Shown here: piece after piece, positions 45,116-55,051 of the stretch
How the letters are laid out: each line of letters begins with the position of its first letter
Numbering within the stretch: position 1 is the stretch's first letter
NCBI GenBank assembly: GCA_964368305.1
Contig: CAYJAB010000001.1
Location: 28,109 to 92,108, forward strand
DNA from: an uncultured Erysipelotrichaceae bacterium
Lineage (GTDB): Bacteria > Bacillota_I > Bacilli_A > Erysipelotrichales > Erysipelotrichaceae
Length of the DNA: 64,000 nucleotides
Direction: 5' to 3'
The notes under the pieces: generated by a model
Told to the model about the DNA's origin: nothing
What the model saw: the letters and a program-made list of their open reading frames with translations, nothing else
The model's database searches: none
Position numbers and translations under genes: made by a program

Positions 45116-45987
45116 AGTAGATGTTTCTCTTGAATTAAGTCTTTAAGTGTTGATTTTGTCAATACAACACTCTCTACTCTATTATTCTTTAACATTTTAC
45201 TTACGAATGCTTTTGCTTTACTTAAATCTTCAAATTTTATTCTCAATTGTTCATTTTCATAATTAATAAGATACCCATTAAACTCTTCATCAATATCTTT
45301 TTGATTCAATGTTACATAACATGTTTTATTTTCATCATAAAATGCATACATCTCTTTTTTAAACTTCACTTCTCCTTGTTTTAGAAAAAGCACTTGATCA
45401 CAAAATTGTTCTAAGTAATCATATTGATGACTAGAAAGTAAAATAATTTTCCCTTCCTTTTTAAATTCTTCAATTACAGTCTTCATTAAGTTCACATTAT
45501 ACAAATCTAGTCCTGTAAGTGGTTCATCTAATATCACGATTTGAGGATTATGAATCATTGCACAAATCAATTGTATTTTTTGTTGATTCCCTTTAGATAA
45601 TTCTTTTAGTTTTCTATGCTTATACTGTATGACTTCAAGTTTATTTAACCATCTATCCATTTGTTCTAATCGATCTTCTTGAGACATTCCTTTCAAACGA
45701 CATAAAAAATCAATTTGTTGATACACTGTTAAGTCACGATAAATACTTCTCTCTTCTGGTAAATAGCCAAAAAGACAAATATCTTCTCTTGATATTTGTT
45801 TACCTTCATATTTTATGATTCCACTATCTTGATGAATTAAACCCAATAAAATCCTAAATGTTGTTGTTTTACCACTTCCATTTGTTCCAATTACACCAAG
45901 AACTTCTCCTTTATGCACTTCAAATGAAACATCTTTTATCCCAATATGTTTTCCATAGTATTTCTCAAGTTTTATCGCTTGTAGCAT
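45112..45987 (-). CDS. ABC transporter ATP-binding protein with ~60-aa C-terminal extension
   Basis: Walker A GTNGSGKTTTF, signature LSKGNQQK, Walker B ILDEP; 291 aa. Confidence 0.85.
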   Translation of the reverse strand: MLQAIKLEKYYGKHIGIKDVSFEVHKGEVLGVIGTNGSGKTTTFRILLGLIHQDSGIIKYEGKQISREDICLFGYLPEERSIYRDLTVYQQIDFLCRLKGMSQEDRLEQMDRWLNKLEVIQYKHRKLKELSKGNQQKIQLICAMIHNPQIVILDEPLTGLDLYNVNLMKTVIEEFKKEGKIILLSSHQYDYLEQFCDQVLFLKQGEVKFKKEMYAFYDENKTCYVTLNQKDIDEEFNGYLINYENEQLRIKFEDLSKAKAFVSKMLKNNRVESVVLTKSTLKDLIQEKHLL

Positions 45988-46033
45988 ATTATCACCTCAA
46001 TACTATATACGCCCTACTCTTTTTGATTCCTTA

Positions 46034-46062
46034 ATAAAAAAATCACTTCAATGAAGTGATTT
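46034..46062 (-). terminator. terminator after dacA-like gene
   Basis: AAATCACTTCA-A-TGAAGTGATTT hairpin + U-run. Confidence 0.7.
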
Positions 46063-47272
46063 ATCTTTTTCTTTTATTTCTTTTTCTAATTTGTGCTAAA
46101 AGCAATCCAAATCCTGTAATACTAAAAAGTGTAATTACACTTTTCATTATCAAATAAGGAAATGTATCTTTCCAATCCAGTTCTTCAATTTCAAGTGTCA
46201 CTACCGCATCTACTTCATAAATCACTTCATTGTTATTTTTTATGACTGCTTTTGCGGTAGCATTTTCTTCATCTATTAAATCTACCGTACTAATCTCAAA
46301 TGTAAGATCGTCATTTCTTGTATTTTTTAAAACATGAATATCGATATCATTCTCTACAGTTGCAGTAGCAGTAACTTTACGATATTTATCAGTTGAAATA
46401 TCTTTTTCTACAGGTTCAAATAGATCTTTGGAAAATTGACGTGATTCAAACAATGTAAATCCATATTCGAATAACTTTGTTGTATCTTCATATCTTCCTT
46501 CAAGTGTACTATCTAATACAACTGCAATCAGTTGTGCTCCCTCTTTTTCTGCAACTGTCACAAGTGTATATCCAGCTGCTGCTGTATATCCTGTTTTACC
46601 TGCAATCGCATAATCATATTTAAACTCACTTGGTTTAAACAGTTCATTTCCTGCTGCAAAATAACGCTCTTCGTTCTTATTTGTTTCAGGCATTGTATAT
46701 TGAACTGTACTCATAATTTCTAATAGCTCTGGATTTTTTATCGCTTCTTTCATTAAGATTGCCATATCATACGCAGTTGTATAATGGTTATCATCTGGTA
46801 ATCCATGTGCGTTTGCGAAGTTCGAATTTGTCATTCCAATTTCTTGTGCTGTTTCATTCATTTTAGATACAAACGCTTCAATTGTGCTAGATGTATATTC
46901 TGCAATTGCATTTGATGCATCATTTGCACTTTGCAACATCATCGCATGCATTGCATCTTCAAATGACATTTGCTCCCCTTCTACTAAAAAAATATGAGAA
47001 GATGTACGAGAAATTGAATTTACCGCTGTATCACTTACAGTTAAAACATCCGAAAAATCACCTTCTTGTATCGCTACAAACCCTGATAAGATTTTTGTGA
47101 TACTTGCTGGATAATTTTTTTGATTCTTATTTTTTTCATATAATATTTGCCCTGTTTTCGCATCAATTACAATCGCTGATTCTGATTCTAATTCTAATGC
47201 ATTCACCTTTGTGAAGGTGAATGATGTAAAAATAACGCAAATCATAACTACTCTTATTAATACTTTTTTCAT
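46061..47272 (-). CDS. dacA: D-alanyl-D-alanine carboxypeptidase (S11 peptidase, PBP5-like) with C-terminal membrane anchor
   Basis: SITK (SxxK), SANDA (SxN), KTGYT (KTG) motifs; signal peptide; 403 aa. Confidence 0.85.
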   Translation of the reverse strand: MKKVLIRVVMICVIFTSFTFTKVNALELESESAIVIDAKTGQILYEKNKNQKNYPASITKILSGFVAIQEGDFSDVLTVSDTAVNSISRTSSHIFLVEGEQMSFEDAMHAMMLQSANDASNAIAEYTSSTIEAFVSKMNETAQEIGMTNSNFANAHGLPDDNHYTTAYDMAILMKEAIKNPELLEIMSTVQYTMPETNKNEERYFAAGNELFKPSEFKYDYAIAGKTGYTAAAGYTLVTVAEKEGAQLIAVVLDSTLEGRYEDTTKLFEYGFTLFESRQFSKDLFEPVEKDISTDKYRKVTATATVENDIDIHVLKNTRNDDLTFEISTVDLIDEENATAKAVIKNNNEVIYEVDAVVTLEIEELDWKDTFPYLIMKSVITLFSITGFGLLLAQIRKRNKRKR

Positions 47273-47326
47273 TGTCTATTTTCCAATCTAATATCTTTCT
47301 ATAATACATCATTTTTCTCTAATGTA

Positions 47327-48049
47327 CTACTCTTTTATTAATTCTAAAATAACGTGCGATGCGATCATTAACCCTGCAGCTGCTGGCACAAAAATTGTAC
47401 TTGCAGGTGGGATTTGTTGTTTACGTGTCAGTGCATCTTCATTAACTACTTGGTTTTGTTTGAATGGCAATTCTTCAGAAAAGGCAACTTTCACCTTACA
47501 ATTAATCCCTCTTTTTCTTGCTTGATAGCGAACTGCTTTCGCAAGTGGATCATCTTTTGTTTTTTCCAATGTCGTAATTTTAAGTTTGCTTACATCAAAA
47601 CGATTTGCCATCCCTAAACTACTTATAATTGGCAAATTTTTACTTTGGCAGATTTCAATTAAATCAAGTTTACTTGTAACTGTATCAATCGCATCTACAA
47701 CATAATCTATTTTATGTTCAAATACGTCTGTTTTTGATTTATCAAAAAATGATTGAATCGCAATAACATTACAATCAGGATTAATGCTTAATATACGCTC
47801 TTTCATTGCCTCTGTTTTTACTTCATTAATCGTCCTTGTCGTTGCGTGGATTTGTCTGTTTAAATTACTTGGTTGAATAATATCATTATCAATCATAATG
47901 ATTGTCCCAACTCCCGTTCTTACTAATGCCTCAACTACATAAGATCCAACTCCACCTACACCAACTACAAGTACACATGAATTTTGTATTTTTATTACAG
48001 ACTGTTCTCCAATTAATAGCGATATTCTTTCCAGTGCTGTATTAATCAT
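47327..48049 (-). CDS. tcdA: ThiF/MoeB-family protein, probably tRNA threonylcarbamoyladenosine dehydratase TcdA
   Basis: Rossmann VLVVGVGGVGS; 240 aa; no C-terminal rhodanese/Cys pair typical of MoeB. Confidence 0.6.
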   Translation of the reverse strand: MINTALERISLLIGEQSVIKIQNSCVLVVGVGGVGSYVVEALVRTGVGTIIMIDNDIIQPSNLNRQIHATTRTINEVKTEAMKERILSINPDCNVIAIQSFFDKSKTDVFEHKIDYVVDAIDTVTSKLDLIEICQSKNLPIISSLGMANRFDVSKLKITTLEKTKDDPLAKAVRYQARKRGINCKVKVAFSEELPFKQNQVVNEDALTRKQQIPPASTIFVPAAAGLMIASHVILELIKE

Positions 48050-48956
48050 TTAACCACTCCTTCACATCTTCTAGTATTTTTTCTTTATATCCTTCTGTTA
48101 AGATATCATACCAATTTGTATTTAACTGATTATTAAACCATGTATACTGACGTTTAGCGAATTGTCTTGAATGTGCTTGAATAGATGTAACTACTTCCTC
48201 TACTGATTTCTCATTTTCAAAATACGGTTTCCACTCACGATACCCAATTGCTTGCATGGATTGATATGAAAAAACATCCTTATCTTCTTCATATAGATCT
48301 TTTATTTCTTTTTCTAATCCTGCATCAATCATCTTATACACTCTTTGATTAATTCTTTCATGCAATAAATCTCTTGGCATTGTCAAACCGATAAGAAAGA
48401 TATCATATATTGGTTTATGCTGTTGTTTTGCAATTTGTTGTGATTTTGTTTCACTACTTTGCTTTGCAATATTTAATGCTCTTATTATTCTTTTTCTGTT
48501 ATTTAAATGAATCTCTTTTAAAGAATCTTCATCTACTTCTTTTAATAAAGCATATAACTCTTCATTTGTTTTATCTTCTAAACTGTTTAAGTAAGCTGTA
48601 TCTATTTGTTCCTCTTTAAATACATAATCGTATAAGGCTGCTTTAATATAAAGTCCTGTTCCTCCTACGATAATAGGTTGCGCGTTTTTTTGTATTATTT
48701 CTTCTATGCATACTCTAGATTTCTCTTGGAAATCTTTTACACTGTATTGATCTGAAATGTCACAAATATCAATTAAATGATGTACGATATCCTCTTTCTC
48801 TTGTGATGTAACTTTTGCACTTCCAATATCCATCTTACGATATATTTGAATAGAATCCCCACTTATTACTTCACCATTTAAATTTTTTGCTAAATAAACA
48901 CCTAAATTTGTTTTCCCTACCCCAGTAGGTCCTACTACCACGATTACTTTTTTCAT
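48042..48956 (-). CDS. miaA: tRNA dimethylallyltransferase
   Basis: P-loop VVGPTGVGKT, 304 aa. Confidence 0.9.
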   Translation of the reverse strand: MKKVIVVVGPTGVGKTNLGVYLAKNLNGEVISGDSIQIYRKMDIGSAKVTSQEKEDIVHHLIDICDISDQYSVKDFQEKSRVCIEEIIQKNAQPIIVGGTGLYIKAALYDYVFKEEQIDTAYLNSLEDKTNEELYALLKEVDEDSLKEIHLNNRKRIIRALNIAKQSSETKSQQIAKQQHKPIYDIFLIGLTMPRDLLHERINQRVYKMIDAGLEKEIKDLYEEDKDVFSYQSMQAIGYREWKPYFENEKSVEEVVTSIQAHSRQFAKRQYTWFNNQLNTNWYDILTEGYKEKILEDVKEWLND

Positions 48957-50704
48957 CGGTTAAACTCCTTGAGTAATTGTTTTTCACTCATCAATATAAA
49001 TGTTGGTCTTCCATGTGGGCAATGATAAGGTTGCTCGCATTGAGTTAAATCATAAATAACTTTTTCCATTTCATTAATCGATAAAATACGATTAAATCGA
49101 ATAGAACTATGACATGCTAAAGATGCAATTGAATCTTTTCTTAATTTTTCTAATGTAATCGTATTTCCATCTTGCCACAAATCAATAATATCTTTTAAAA
49201 ACAATGTCATATCTGTATCTTTCATCCAAACTGGTATTTTTCTTAAAATCACTTGATTTTGACTAAACTGTTCAATATCAAGTCCGATTTTATTACACAT
49301 ATTGATAACCTCATTTATTTGAGAGATTACTTGTAAAGATGCATCTACGACAACAGGCACTAATAAATCCATAAACTCTGCAGCATCTTTTAAGATTTTT
49401 GATTGAATCATTTCATAATGATATCTTTCTTGCGCTGCATGTTGATCTATTATATATAATCCTTCTTCTGCCTGTGCTAGTATATATTTCCCGTGCAATT
49501 GTCCTATTACTTCAAAGTTTGGAAGCTTTGGTTTATCTTTTATAATTTCTTTAGTTTCTTCTATCTTGAAACTCTTTTGTTCTTCTTTGTATACAGGATA
49601 TTCTATTTTTTCTTCTTCTGCTTTAAATATTTTTTTCTCTTCATATGTAAAATCAAAGTTTTGTACTTCTATTTTTTCATATGTAGGTATTTCTTTTTTA
49701 ATTGCCACATCTACTGCTTTTGTTTCTTGCTTTAAGAATTCTTCTATTTTTGTTTTAATCAAATGCTCCAACTGATTTTGTTTAGAAAGTCTAATTTCCC
49801 ATTTGGATGGATGTACATTCACATCTACTAATTTACTATCCATTTGAATATCCAAGACTACAATCGGATATCTTGAATCAGCTAAATAATTACGATACGC
49901 CTCTAATACTATTTTTTGTATTCTAAAAGACTTAATCATTCTTTGATTTATAAACAATATCACATGATTTCTATTTGCTCTATTTACATGTGGGGCTACG
50001 ATAACCCCTTTTACTTTATAATCGTAATCTTCAAACGATACTTCTATTGCATGTTTTGCGGTTTCTTTACCATAAAGTTGATACATGATTTCAACTAAAT
50101 TTCCATTTCCATTTGTAGAAAATACTGTTTTATTATCTGTAATCAATGAAAACGCAATAAATGGATGACTTAGTGCAAACTTCTCCACAACCGATAAGAC
50201 AAGCGCTGTTTCATAAGCAACTGTTTTCATATGTTTTAGTCTTGCTGGTGTCTTTAAAAATAACCCTTTTATCGTTATACTTGTTCCTTTTGGACAAGTG
50301 ATTGGAATGACTTGTGTGGTTTTTCCATACTTTACTTCTACTTGCGTTGCTTCTTTTCCATCTGATGTTTTTAAAAGCACATCACTTACAGATGCGATTG
50401 AAGGTAAAGCTTCTCCTCTAAACCCCATTGTAATAATAGACCATAAATCACTTGTTTGTTTTATTTTACTTGTCGCATGTCTTTGAAATGCCATTACCGC
50501 ATCACTGCTGTCCATGCCTTGTCCGTTATCCGTGATTGTTATTTGATTCAATCCGCCTTCGACAATTGTGATTTCTATACTTGTCGCCTTCGCATCGATG
50601 CTATTTTCGACAAGTTCTTTTACGACACCCATAGGTCTTTCGACAACTTCACCTGCGGCAATCATATTTGTAAGATGCTCATTTAATTGTTGTATTTTTC
50701 CCAT
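48953..50704 (-). CDS. mutL: DNA mismatch repair protein MutL
   Basis: GHKL ATPase motifs (ELVENSIDA, DNGQGM, GFRGEAL); 583 aa; overlaps miaA by 4 nt. Confidence 0.95.
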   Translation of the reverse strand: MGKIQQLNEHLTNMIAAGEVVERPMGVVKELVENSIDAKATSIEITIVEGGLNQITITDNGQGMDSSDAVMAFQRHATSKIKQTSDLWSIITMGFRGEALPSIASVSDVLLKTSDGKEATQVEVKYGKTTQVIPITCPKGTSITIKGLFLKTPARLKHMKTVAYETALVLSVVEKFALSHPFIAFSLITDNKTVFSTNGNGNLVEIMYQLYGKETAKHAIEVSFEDYDYKVKGVIVAPHVNRANRNHVILFINQRMIKSFRIQKIVLEAYRNYLADSRYPIVVLDIQMDSKLVDVNVHPSKWEIRLSKQNQLEHLIKTKIEEFLKQETKAVDVAIKKEIPTYEKIEVQNFDFTYEEKKIFKAEEEKIEYPVYKEEQKSFKIEETKEIIKDKPKLPNFEVIGQLHGKYILAQAEEGLYIIDQHAAQERYHYEMIQSKILKDAAEFMDLLVPVVVDASLQVISQINEVINMCNKIGLDIEQFSQNQVILRKIPVWMKDTDMTLFLKDIIDLWQDGNTITLEKLRKDSIASLACHSSIRFNRILSINEMEKVIYDLTQCEQPYHCPHGRPTFILMSEKQLLKEFNR

Positions 50705-50716
50705 AAGTGTCCTTTC

Positions 50717-53236
50717 TTAGATTTTCTTTTTTAAATCGCTTAATAATTGTAATGCTTCAAGTGGTGTCAATTGATTAATATCCACATCACTTAATGTCTG
50801 CATTACGGTTTCATAATTTGTTGGTATTTTATTTAGTTCTACAATCTCAAACGATTGTTGTACAACTTGTTGATTGTTTTCTAAATCTTCTAATATTTTT
50901 TTAGAACGGTCAATGACAGTTTTAGGTAGTTTCGCAAGTTTCGCAACATTGATACCATAAGAACGATCTGCTTTACCTTCTTTAATTCTGTATAAAAATG
51001 TAATCACATCGTCTTGTTCATACACATCTACACATACATTTTGTATTGTAGAGATTTTATCTTGCATTTCAGTTAGTTCGTGATAATGTGTTGAAAATAA
51101 TGTTTTTGCTTTTATACAAACCGCGATGTATTCTAACATGGATTGCGCAAGTGCCATTCCATCGTACGTTGATGTTCCTCTTCCGATTTCATCAAATAAG
51201 ATTAATGAATTTTCTGTAGCATACTTAAGTGCTTGATTTGCTTCATTCATTTCAACCATAAATGTAGATTGCCCACTTAAAATATCGTCACTTGCGCCAA
51301 GTCGTGTAAATACCTTATCAAAAATAACAAGATTCGCTGACTTAGCAGGTACATTACATCCAATTTGTGCCATAATCGAAATGAGTGCACATTGTCTCAT
51401 ATATGTACTTTTACCACCCATATTTGGACCTGTAATCATTAAAATGTTTCTATCTTTGTCCATTTTTAAATCATTGGATACATATTTCTTTTCTTTCATT
51501 AACTCATCTAAAATAGGATGTCTTCCTTCTTCTATTTCAATAATCCCTTCTTTATTAAAATGAGGTTGCACATACCCTTTTTGACTACTTAACTCACATA
51601 GTGCATACAATGCATCTATCATTGAAATTGAAAATGCCAACTGCTGCAGTTTTGGTAAGTACTCTTTCATTTTATCAATCAGTTCTTGATACAGCTGTGT
51701 CTCTAGACTCATTGAAAGTTCAGATGCTTGAAGAATTCTATCTTCCAGTTCTTTTAATTCTTTTGTCGTAAATCTTTCTGCATTTGTTAATGTTTGTTTA
51801 CGACTATATCCTTCTTCTTCCTTTACAATCCCAATATTTGCCTTACTTACTTCAAAGTAATATCCAAATACACGATTGTATCCTATTTTAAGATTTTTAA
51901 TTCCTGTTTTTTCTCTCTCTTTTGTTTCAAGTGCCAACATCAAATCTTTACCATCGTTTAATAGTATACGATATGAATCTAACTGCGTATCATATCCTGC
52001 TTTAAATACACCGCCCTCTTTTACAGTCGCAGGTGGCAATTCCACAAGTGCATTTTCTAATAATTGATATAATGAAAAACAAGAATCTACATTCCCTAAT
52101 TTCTTAAATTCATGTGTCTTATTAAAACACGCTAATAAAGCAGGTACATTTTTTAGTGACTTTCTAATACGAATACAATCCGTTGTATTCGCACTTCCAT
52201 ACGCCAGTTTCGCAACCAAGCGATCTAAATCATATATATTCTTTAAAGCATCTTTTAATTCTATTCTTTCAATAAAATTCTTATTAAAATAAGAAATTAC
52301 ATTTTGTCTTTCTTGAATTTTACTTAAACTTACCAATGGTTTTTCAATCCATTTTTTAAGTGTACGACTTCCCATGGCAGTTTGACATTTATCCATAAAC
52401 GACCAAAGTGTTTCTGTTTTTGCCTGTGCTTTTAATCCAACTGTAAGTTCTAGATTTTGTTGCGTAGAAAAATCCATATATACATATTCATCTTCATTGT
52501 CGATATAAGTGACTCTTAAATGATTCATCATTCTTTTTTGTGTATTCGCTAAATAATTTAAAAGTAATCCAAACGCTTTAATATAATACGCTTCTTTCAC
52601 TTCTTCATAAAGCGGAGTATATTCGGAATCAATGCTAAACGCGTCACAATAAGATATTGTAATATATCCACTTTCTCGAATACTCTTTAAATATTTATCA
52701 TTGAAGTTTGATTCTACAACCACTTCTCTCACATTGTTTTTTAATAATTGTTGTTTAAGAACAGTAATGTTTTTATCAATTGATTTTAAATAGTTTTCTC
52801 CAGTTGCCATTTCACAAAACGACAATGCAAATCCATGTGTGTATTCTATAATAGATGCAATATACACACTATTTTTATCATCGTTTGTATCTTCCATTAT
52901 TGTTCCTGGAGTTATTATTTTTACTACATCTCTTTTTACGATTCCTTTTGTTTGACCAGCATCTTCCAACTGTTCAACAATCGCAACTTTATATCCTTTT
53001 GAAACCAATCTTTGAATATATGGAGTTACTGCATGGTGTGGAACACCACACATTGGCACCTTCTCTTCTACACCTGCATTTCTTCCTGTTAATATAAGAT
53101 CTAATTCATTGGATGCAATTTTTGCATCTTCAAAAAACATCTCATAAAAATCTCCTAGACGATAAAAAACTAACGCATCCTTGTGTTTTTCTTTTACCTC
53201 TAGGTATTGTTGTATCATTGGTGTATATTGTTTCAT
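50717..53236 (-). CDS. mutS: DNA mismatch repair protein MutS
   Basis: Walker A GPNMGGKST, 839 aa, N-terminal mismatch-binding GDFYE(M)F. Confidence 0.95.
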   Translation of the reverse strand: MKQYTPMIQQYLEVKEKHKDALVFYRLGDFYEMFFEDAKIASNELDLILTGRNAGVEEKVPMCGVPHHAVTPYIQRLVSKGYKVAIVEQLEDAGQTKGIVKRDVVKIITPGTIMEDTNDDKNSVYIASIIEYTHGFALSFCEMATGENYLKSIDKNITVLKQQLLKNNVREVVVESNFNDKYLKSIRESGYITISYCDAFSIDSEYTPLYEEVKEAYYIKAFGLLLNYLANTQKRMMNHLRVTYIDNEDEYVYMDFSTQQNLELTVGLKAQAKTETLWSFMDKCQTAMGSRTLKKWIEKPLVSLSKIQERQNVISYFNKNFIERIELKDALKNIYDLDRLVAKLAYGSANTTDCIRIRKSLKNVPALLACFNKTHEFKKLGNVDSCFSLYQLLENALVELPPATVKEGGVFKAGYDTQLDSYRILLNDGKDLMLALETKEREKTGIKNLKIGYNRVFGYYFEVSKANIGIVKEEEGYSRKQTLTNAERFTTKELKELEDRILQASELSMSLETQLYQELIDKMKEYLPKLQQLAFSISMIDALYALCELSSQKGYVQPHFNKEGIIEIEEGRHPILDELMKEKKYVSNDLKMDKDRNILMITGPNMGGKSTYMRQCALISIMAQIGCNVPAKSANLVIFDKVFTRLGASDDILSGQSTFMVEMNEANQALKYATENSLILFDEIGRGTSTYDGMALAQSMLEYIAVCIKAKTLFSTHYHELTEMQDKISTIQNVCVDVYEQDDVITFLYRIKEGKADRSYGINVAKLAKLPKTVIDRSKKILEDLENNQQVVQQSFEIVELNKIPTNYETVMQTLSDVDINQLTPLEALQLLSDLKKKI

Positions 53237-53287
53237 TGACTACCTCTTAATCTATTTTTCACTATATTATTTTATCATATTTACCAA

Positions 53288-53317
53288 CTAAAAAAGACAT
53301 CATTTTATGATGTCTCT
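53288..53317 (-). terminator. terminator after EIIC-like gene
   Basis: AGACATCAT-TTT-ATGATGTCT hairpin + U5. Confidence 0.6.
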
Positions 53318-53324
53318 TGTAAAA

Positions 53325-54884
53325 TTATTGTTGTTGCGTATTTTGTAATTCATTTCTTTTTTTTATTTGCTTAATTCTTGTATGTATCATATAGGCGTTC
53401 ATCCCGATTGAAATGATATATCCCGCACGTGATTCCACAATTTTATAAGCTCCATATTTTTGAATACGGTTAAAATCCATTTTTTCTGAATCTTCTACTT
53501 GAACTAAAAGTTTAGTTGTAGTTGATCCTGTTGATTTAATATTATCGATTCCACCCAATGTAAAGATGATTCCTTCTATTGTCGCTTCACCTTTACCTGT
53601 ATTCATGAAGTCCATCGCTCCTTTTTTAAGATAGAAGACTGTCATTAATAAATAGGCAATAAATGTTAAAATACCCACAATTATAAACAATTGCATATCA
53701 GATTCTGTCGCAGGATTTCTTGCGAATTGAATTAAATCCACAATACTTGCTGGTGTTGCAATCGAAGTAGATCCTGAATATGAATATCCAATAAACACTT
53801 GAAGTGCTTGCATCACTGCAAATAAAATACCTGTAGCAAGAATATGAAATCCAAATAGCATTGGTGCAACCATTAATAAATAAAACTCAAATGGAAGCAA
53901 TATCCCAGATACAACAGATGCTACAATTGCAATAACTCCAAATATGATGTATCTTCTTTGCGCAAATTTATCCGTAATGCTTTTTAGTACACCAATAATA
54001 ACAGCTGGAACTGCAAATATATTTAAAATAAAGTAAGGTGTAATCAATCGTCCTGCTCCTGTGTCAATCAAACCATTTGCTGATTGTGCAGTCCATACTG
54101 CAACATCTCCTAAATAATTTGTTCCTACAGAGTTAATCCATGAACCACCCATTTCTCCAAACCAGAATGGACCGCGAATCAATGCAGGCATATTTAATAT
54201 TGAAAGTCCTCTATCAAATATTCCATATACAAATAAGTTCATTGGATTTGTAATATCATTTGCGATAAATCCAAAAACAGAATAAAGCATATCAATAAAG
54301 TATGGCCAAATATATGAAATCGCAACTGCAGATAGTAGTGTATAAAATAATGTTGAGATTAATGCTGCCGTATTTCTATCGACAAAAGATAAGAATCCAT
54401 AAGGTGAACGACTTCTTGATTTAATATATATTTTTCTTGTAAGACCAGCCACAATCAACGCTGCGATGATACCTGTTTCAATTGGAAACTTTATCCCAGC
54501 TCCTACAATTGAATAGTTTGTAATATTAATTGATAAACCTAAAACTGAAGTATATGCAGTTGCAGGCATATCAAGTGATGTCAAAAACATTGTTGTTACA
54601 TTAAATAAAATATATGCTACAACACCAATAAACACCGGCACTGATCCTTCAAAGTTTTTTGATAGTATTTTGATTAATATTAATAAGGAAAAATTTGAAA
54701 CTACAAACCCTCCGAAATATTTAAATAATTCTGCGAATAATATCACGATATCATTTTCTATTGTAAAGACTGTTATATTATTTGGATTTAAGATAATTCC
54801 ACATACACCCATGATAAATGTTGCAATAAACAACATTATAAAAGGAAATTTAACAATCTCAATGTATGAATTCCATCTTTTCAT
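53325..54884 (-). CDS. glucose-family PTS EIIC-like permease with C-terminal degenerate EIIB-like domain
   Basis: 519 aa; ~10 TM EIIC-like body; C-terminal 80 aa aligns with EIIB(Glc) (LGGIDNI...; E. coli PtsG [23 protein letters not shown] vs here LGGIDNIKSTGSTTTKLLVQVED) with the phospho-Cys replaced by Thr and the two Arg by Lys/Leu. Confidence 0.55.
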   Translation of the reverse strand: MKRWNSYIEIVKFPFIMLFIATFIMGVCGIILNPNNITVFTIENDIVILFAELFKYFGGFVVSNFSLLILIKILSKNFEGSVPVFIGVVAYILFNVTTMFLTSLDMPATAYTSVLGLSINITNYSIVGAGIKFPIETGIIAALIVAGLTRKIYIKSRSRSPYGFLSFVDRNTAALISTLFYTLLSAVAISYIWPYFIDMLYSVFGFIANDITNPMNLFVYGIFDRGLSILNMPALIRGPFWFGEMGGSWINSVGTNYLGDVAVWTAQSANGLIDTGAGRLITPYFILNIFAVPAVIIGVLKSITDKFAQRRYIIFGVIAIVASVVSGILLPFEFYLLMVAPMLFGFHILATGILFAVMQALQVFIGYSYSGSTSIATPASIVDLIQFARNPATESDMQLFIIVGILTFIAYLLMTVFYLKKGAMDFMNTGKGEATIEGIIFTLGGIDNIKSTGSTTTKLLVQVEDSEKMDFNRIQKYGAYKIVESRAGYIISIGMNAYMIHTRIKQIKKRNELQNTQQQ

Positions 54885-55051
54885 AATCTCACCTCTTTTA
54901 TTATGATACCATTTTTACTATCTCTATTCAATGAAACATGCATGTGTATTTTGTGAATAATTTTTACTTTTCAATAATTAGACTGTGCAAATGTGTATAA
55001 TATGGTAAACTATTGATATTAGTTTATATACTGTTTTGGAGATCTACTATT

